Shown: positions 57,685 through 64,000 of the stretch, piece by piece | Layout: each line of letters opens with the position of its first letter | Numbering within the stretch: the first letter of the stretch is position 1 | DNA from: a virus | Virus record (IMG/VR): IMGVR_UViG_2663763457_000002 | Reading direction: 5' to 3' (one strand) | Length of the DNA: 64,000 nucleotides | The notes under the pieces: model-generated | The model's database searches: none | Seen by the model: only the letters and a program-made list of their open reading frames with translations | Told to the model about the DNA's origin: nothing | Made by a program: the position numbers and the translations under genes

Positions 57685-58474
57685 TAAAGCGCTCCCTGAG
57701 CTTGGCTCGGACGTTATGCAACAAATCTATCTGACAGCCATCAAACGCTACCCGAACGAAGCGTGTGGCTTTCTGGTGCGTACCACTGGCGAGAAATATC
57801 GCTTCATTGAAGCCCGGAACGTGTCGGAGTACCCGGAAAACACGTTTGTTATGCACGCTGACGACATTATCGCTGCGGAAGATGCGGGGGACGTGGTTGC
57901 CATCTGGCACTCCCACACTGACGAATCAGCTGATGCGTCAGACGCCGATCGCGCCGGATGCGAGGCAACGGAAGTTCCGTGGCTGATTCTGGCTGTTCGC
58001 AAGAACGTCGAGGGCGATGCGCCATTTCACTTCAGTGAGATGAATGTGATCACCCCAGACGGCTTTGAGATGCCTTATCTGGGGAGACCCTATGTGTTCG
58101 GTGTCTTCGACTGCTGGATGCTTTGCCGCGACTATCTCAAGCGCGAGTTTGGTGTTGAGCTGAATCCGAATGCGCACCTGCATATCCCGTCATGGTACAC
58201 GGGCGACAACGACATTCTCGACCAGAACTATCGAAATGAAGGGCTGGTGCGTCTTGCGCCAGGGACGGAACCGCAGCGCGGCGATGTCTTCTTCATCCAG
58301 TACGGAAAAATGCCTGACCACTGCGCGGTGTATATCGGAGACGGCATGATCCTGCATCACCAGATCGACCGCCTGAGTTGTCGCGCTTATTACGGTGGCA
58401 TGTACCAGAAACACACGACGCACCACTTGCGTCACAGAGACTTACTCAAGGGAGATGAGACGTGTCTGAGTTAG
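57677..58474 (+). CDS. Tail tip assembly protein K (JAB + NlpC/P60)
   Basis: YPNEACG, WHSH, FDCW, HCAVYIGDG.ILHH. Confidence 0.92.
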   Translation: MGNKALPELGSDVMQQIYLTAIKRYPNEACGFLVRTTGEKYRFIEARNVSEYPENTFVMHADDIIAAEDAGDVVAIWHSHTDESADASDADRAGCEATEVPWLILAVRKNVEGDAPFHFSEMNVITPDGFEMPYLGRPYVFGVFDCWMLCRDYLKREFGVELNPNAHLHIPSWYTGDNDILDQNYRNEGLVRLAPGTEPQRGDVFFIQYGKMPDHCAVYIGDGMILHHQIDRLSCRAYYGGMYQKHTTHHLRHRDLLKGDETCLS

Positions 58475-59052
58475 TTCATGTGCAACTTGGCGGCCCTATG
58501 GCCAAACACTTCGGTCGTCACTGGCATTTGAAGGTTCGCAACACCAAGCAGGCTCTGGATTTGATTGAGGCTAATCGCCCCGGATTCAAAGCCTGGATGA
58601 AGCGAAACCTCAAAACCTACGACAAATACCACATCCAGATCACCAATAAGCAGGGCCACAAATGGTCGGTCGACGAAGGTGAGTACCAGATGATGGGGCA
58701 GTCCGACAACATCGCGAAGATCCGAATTACGCCAGTTCCTCGCGGTAGTGGCGGCTCTGCGTTTGGTTGGTTTCAGACGGTGGTGGGTGCTGTTTTGATG
58801 GTCGCCTCCATTTGGGTTCCAGCCCTGGCTCCGCTCGGTTTGTCATTAATGATGGGCGGCGTCGCGCAACTCATTTCGCCACAGGCGACGAACGACAGTG
58901 TGAGACAGGCGGATAACTCTGACTCGTTCTATTTCGATGGGCCGCAGAACACCACTAACCAGGGAAACCCGGTGCAGCTCATCTATGGAGAGGAAATTTT
59001 GGTTGGCTCGCAGGTTGTGAGTTCTTCTATCACCATCGACCAGCTTATGTAA
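58462..59052 (+). CDS. Tail assembly protein I (lambda gpI-like)
   Basis: FGR.W.L.V, SFYFDGPQNTTNQGNPVQLIYGE. Confidence 0.9.
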   Translation: MSELVHVQLGGPMAKHFGRHWHLKVRNTKQALDLIEANRPGFKAWMKRNLKTYDKYHIQITNKQGHKWSVDEGEYQMMGQSDNIAKIRITPVPRGSGGSAFGWFQTVVGAVLMVASIWVPALAPLGLSLMMGGVAQLISPQATNDSVRQADNSDSFYFDGPQNTTNQGNPVQLIYGEEILVGSQVVSSSITIDQLM

Positions 59053-59069
59053 TAAGGGATTTTTTGAAC

Positions 59070-61752
59070 ATGGAACAGTTCAAGAAGAAAAGGCTGCCTC
59101 TCCTGATCGCAGGTGCAGGCGGCAAGAAAAGCAGCAGCTCCAGCCGCACGCCGGTTGAAGCCGATGATACCGTTAACTCGCGTGCTATGGCGTCTATCCT
59201 CGACTTGCTCGGGGAAGGCGTTATTGGCGGTCTTGTCAACGGGGCAAAGTCGATTTTCATCGACGACCTGCCGATTCTCAATGAAGACGGCTCTGCCAAC
59301 TACAGCGGTATTACATGGGACTTTCGTGACGGCTCGCAAGACCAGACGCCGATGGACGGTTTCGATTTTGTTGAAACGCCCAAATCCATCAACATTCAGC
59401 TGAAAAAGACACATGAGGTGACAGTCTCCATCGATAACGATGAAGCTGGCCGCGTTCGCGTCATCCTCAAATTTCCCTCTCTGCGTAGCGTGGATAAGAA
59501 ATCGGGTGACACCAACGGCACAACAGTCAAATACAAGTTTCAGATCGCCAATGGCGATGGAACATTTGCTGATGTAGTTGCTGAAGGCGAGAAAAGTGTT
59601 GAAGTTGCCCTGACAGCGAAGAAGACAGGTGTTTACTACCGCAGCTACGAACTCAAACTGCCGAAACCTGGCCGTGCATACAAGGTTCGTGTCATACGCC
59701 TAACCGACGACAGCAAAACTCAGTATCTCTATAACGATACGTGGGTGGACTCCATCGGTGAGATCGTCGATACGCCAATGAACTATCCGAACTCTGTGCT
59801 TGTTGGACTCAAGGTTAACTCCGAGCAGTTCGGCAGCTCTATGCCTTCTCGTTCGTATCTGGTGCGTGGTTTGAAAATCCGCGTGCCGTCAAACTACAAC
59901 GAGAACACCAATACCTATGTTGGTGTTTGGGACGGTACGTTTAAGCTGCTGTCATCTTCTAACCCAGCCTGGATTCTCTTCGACGTTCTGACCAACGCTC
60001 GATATGGCCTTGGGCAGTTTGTCTCTGAGTCCATGATTGATCTTGGACAGATGTATCAGATCGGTCGCTATTGCGACGAAGAGGTTGACGATGGTTTCGG
60101 CGGCAAGGAGAAGCGTTTCGCCATCAACACCCAGATAACCAGCCGGCAGGATGCCTATCGACTGATTCAGGATATCGCTGGCGCCTTCCGCGGTATGGTC
60201 TTCTGGGCTGGTGGAATGGTCAACGTCATGCAGGACAGCCCGTCAGACCCGGTCATGATGTTTACCAACGCAAACGTCAAAGATGGCCTGTTTAGCTATA
60301 AAGGTTCAGCTCGCAAAGATCGTCCTTCCGTTGCGCTTGTCACCTACAACAACAAAGAAGACGGCTACAAACAGAACATCGAGTACGTCGAAGACCAGGA
60401 GGCGATGCGTCGTTATGGCGAGCGCAAAACCGAAGTGGTTGCGTTCGGTTGTACCAGCCGTGGCCAGGCGCATCGTGTCGGTTTGTGGTTGCTGTATACC
60501 GCTCGCATGGAGTCTGACGTTATTACCTTTACTGCAGGTCTCGATGCTTCGTTCTTGATGCCTGGTGAAACCGTGCTGATCCAGAACAAGTACCGTTCGG
60601 GCAAGCGCAACTCCGGTCGCATTATGTCCTTTAACAAGAACAGCATCACATTAGACGCACCAGTATCGTTGAAGAAAAGCGGCAGCTACATTCGCATCTT
60701 GAACCAGGAAGGCAAGATCGTCGAACGCGACATTCTGGAGACGGGGGAGAATATCACTAAAGTGACGTTCTCGAAGTCTCTGGCATCCGGCGAAATGCCA
60801 GTAATGAATGGCATCTGGACTATCACCGAACCAGACCTGGAGCCAATGCGAGTACGCGTTATCAACGTTGCACAGGGTGATGCTCAAGGGTCTTTCGATG
60901 TGACGGTCGTCCAGAATAACCCTTCGAAGTACGAAGCGATAGACAATGGGGCGACGCTGATTCCGGAGAACAACACCGTTCTCGATCCAACATACTCGAA
61001 GCCGACAAACCTGCAGGTGACGGAAGGAACGTATATTTCCAGCCCTGGCAACCTTTCCATCAAGCTTATTGCGACCTGGGAAGGTAAGTCTGCTGAATAT
61101 TGGATCAGTTGGCGTCGCTCGGACGAGAACAACGTTTCTAACTGGCAGTCCGCGCGTGTCACTGAAGAGCAGTACGAAATCATCAATATTGCCGAGAACG
61201 GCCAATATGATATCCAGCTTTATGCTGTGTCATTCAGCGGCAAAAAGACTGAGATCATCAGTACAGTCTATAAAGTTCAGGGAACGATGACACCGCCAGG
61301 CGCACCGACTGCGTTGACGGCCGTGGGTGACTATCGCAACGTGATTCTGAATTGGGTTAACCCTGATTCAATCGATCTCGACCACATCAACGTGTATGCG
61401 TCACAGACCAACGACCTGGACACCGCAAAACTGATTGCCGAGGCCGCCAGTACTACTTTCACCCATGCAGGTCTGGGGGATAGCGAAACGTGGTTCTATT
61501 GGGTTCGCGCGGCAAATAAGAGAGGCATGTTGAGTCCGCCGAACTCCAATTTGGGTACCGAGGCGATGACAAAGGATGTGCTCTCATTCCTGACAGGGAA
61601 AATCACATCTTCTGAGTTGGGACAGGAGTTGCTTGAGGAAATCGACTCTAAGGTTTCTCAGGAGGCTGTTGATTCTATCTATCAGCAGATGGAGGAAAGC
61701 CTCAAAGATCTCGATGACAAGTTGACGGCGGCAGATCAGAGACTAGAAGAAG
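59070..61752 (+). pseudogene. Tail tip / central fibre protein (gpJ-like), 5' part, truncated by an IS
   Basis: DLLGEG, NPAWI, FGCTSRGQAHRVG, FN3 repeats; the ORF ends at a stop inside the IS inverted repeat. Confidence 0.92.
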
Positions 61753-61760
61753 TGTAGTGG

Positions 61761-62929
<1,169 letters not shown>

Positions 62930-63001
62930 TAGGGCACCTGTAATGTTCTGAGGTGAGCATATCACCTCTGTTCAGGTGGCCAAATTCAGTAAACCACTAC
63001 A

Positions 63002-64000
63002 GACCAGCACAAGCAGATGGTCAATAACGCGAAGATTGCCACCACTCAGAAGACATTTGCCGACGATATGTCTGCAATGGCCTCGAAAGTGGAAGAGATC
63101 CGCGCAGAAATTGGTGAAGATATTCGCGCTTATATCACCGAAGAAACGACGGCTCGTGTTGAGGCTGATAAGGCTATTGCGACCCAAATAACCAAGCTTG
63201 AAGCTCAGATTAACGATGATATCGCTGCGGCAATTGTGACCGAACAAGAGGCTCGTGCAACAGCGGATGAGTCGTTGTCGAAGCAGATCACAACATTGCA
63301 AGCGAAGGTTGAGGGAGATATCAGCGCGGCGCTGGCCGAAGAGCAGATTGCAAGAGCGACCGCCGACGAATCGTTGGCGCAACAAATCACAACACTAAAG
63401 GCCCAAACAGGCGCCGACATTAAGGCGGCTGTTGCGGAAGAAACGAAAGCCAGAACCGATGCCGACTCTGCGCTGGCAGGGCAAATCACCAATTTGCAGG
63501 CTCAGACAGGAAAAGATATCAGTGCCGCTATTACTTCTGAAGCAACCGCACGCGCGGAAGCCGATAAAGCACTAGGTGGTCGTATTGATACGATTAAGGC
63601 TGAAGTAGACGGCAACTCGGCCACTATCCAGCAGCAGGCCCAGGCCATTGCCGATACCAACAAAAAGGTTTCGACAGCGTGGACGCTTAAAATGGAGACT
63701 TCCACGAGCGGTGGCCAGAAATATGTTGCCGGTATCGCGCTGGGCATTGATAGCACAGGTCTTTCTCAGTTCCTTGTTCAAGCAGACCGCTTTGGTCTTG
63801 TGAACTCGGTTAACGGGAAAATCACCACACCGTTTGTGGTCGAAAACAGCGTTGCTTACATGAACGGCGCTTTTATCAAGGATGGAACAATCACCAACGC
63901 CAAAGTTGGCGACCTACAGTCCACCAACTTTGTCTCTGGCCGTTCGGGATGGCGCTTTGGGAAAAATGGCGTGCTGGAGATCAACGGTAATAGTGGCGGT
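63002..64000 (+). pseudogene. gpJ-like tail tip protein, 3' part (coiled-coil repeats and DUF1983-like region), runs off the window
   Basis: Open frame from 63002 (DQHKQMV...); about five ~34-aa DIxAAI..E..ARA.AD..LA.QIT.L repeats; YVAGIALG, FLVQADRF, FIKDGTITNAK. Confidence 0.88.

Noticed and set aside
63002..64000. Diversity-generating retroelement or invertible tail-fibre cassette
   Set aside because: No reverse transcriptase, invertase or TR/VR pair is seen; the repeats are ordinary coiled-coil protein repeats.

Overview
A 64-kb segment of a large temperate siphophage or phage-plasmid. Gene content and order resemble the SSU5/pHCM2/pKPHS1 group of enterobacterial phage-plasmids; this is recognised from memory, not from a database search. 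Left to right: (1) an IS110-family element whose ends and bridge-RNA guides can be read from the sequence; (2) a recombination and dNTP-supply block (SbcD/SbcC-like, RuvC-like, nrdAB, NTP pyrophosphohydrolase, thyA, DHFR, kinase, DnaQ-like exonuclease, adenine methylase, RNase H); (3) about 15 kb of small accessory genes, including a Rha/antirepressor, a second methylase, an HD alarmone-hydrolase-like gene, ydfZ and a LexA-boxed gene, in cassettes with repeated promoter/operator elements and repeat-rich non-coding tracts; (4) a helicase operon divergent from a ParB-ParB-ABC ATPase-GNAT module; (5) a packaging/head/tail operon whose gpJ-like tail-tip gene is broken by an IS3-family element, apparently with a deletion. 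The main unexplained signals are GGA-loop hairpins matching the CsrA target consensus at most virion-gene starts, with GGA-dense non-coding tracts that could act as sponges; two dispersed palindromic operator families (15 and about 17 copies); a long AT-centred palindrome present twice; and the candidate DNA-modification module beside the terminase. No tRNA, rRNA or CRISPR array was seen, and no rep, integrase or lysis genes were recognised in this window.
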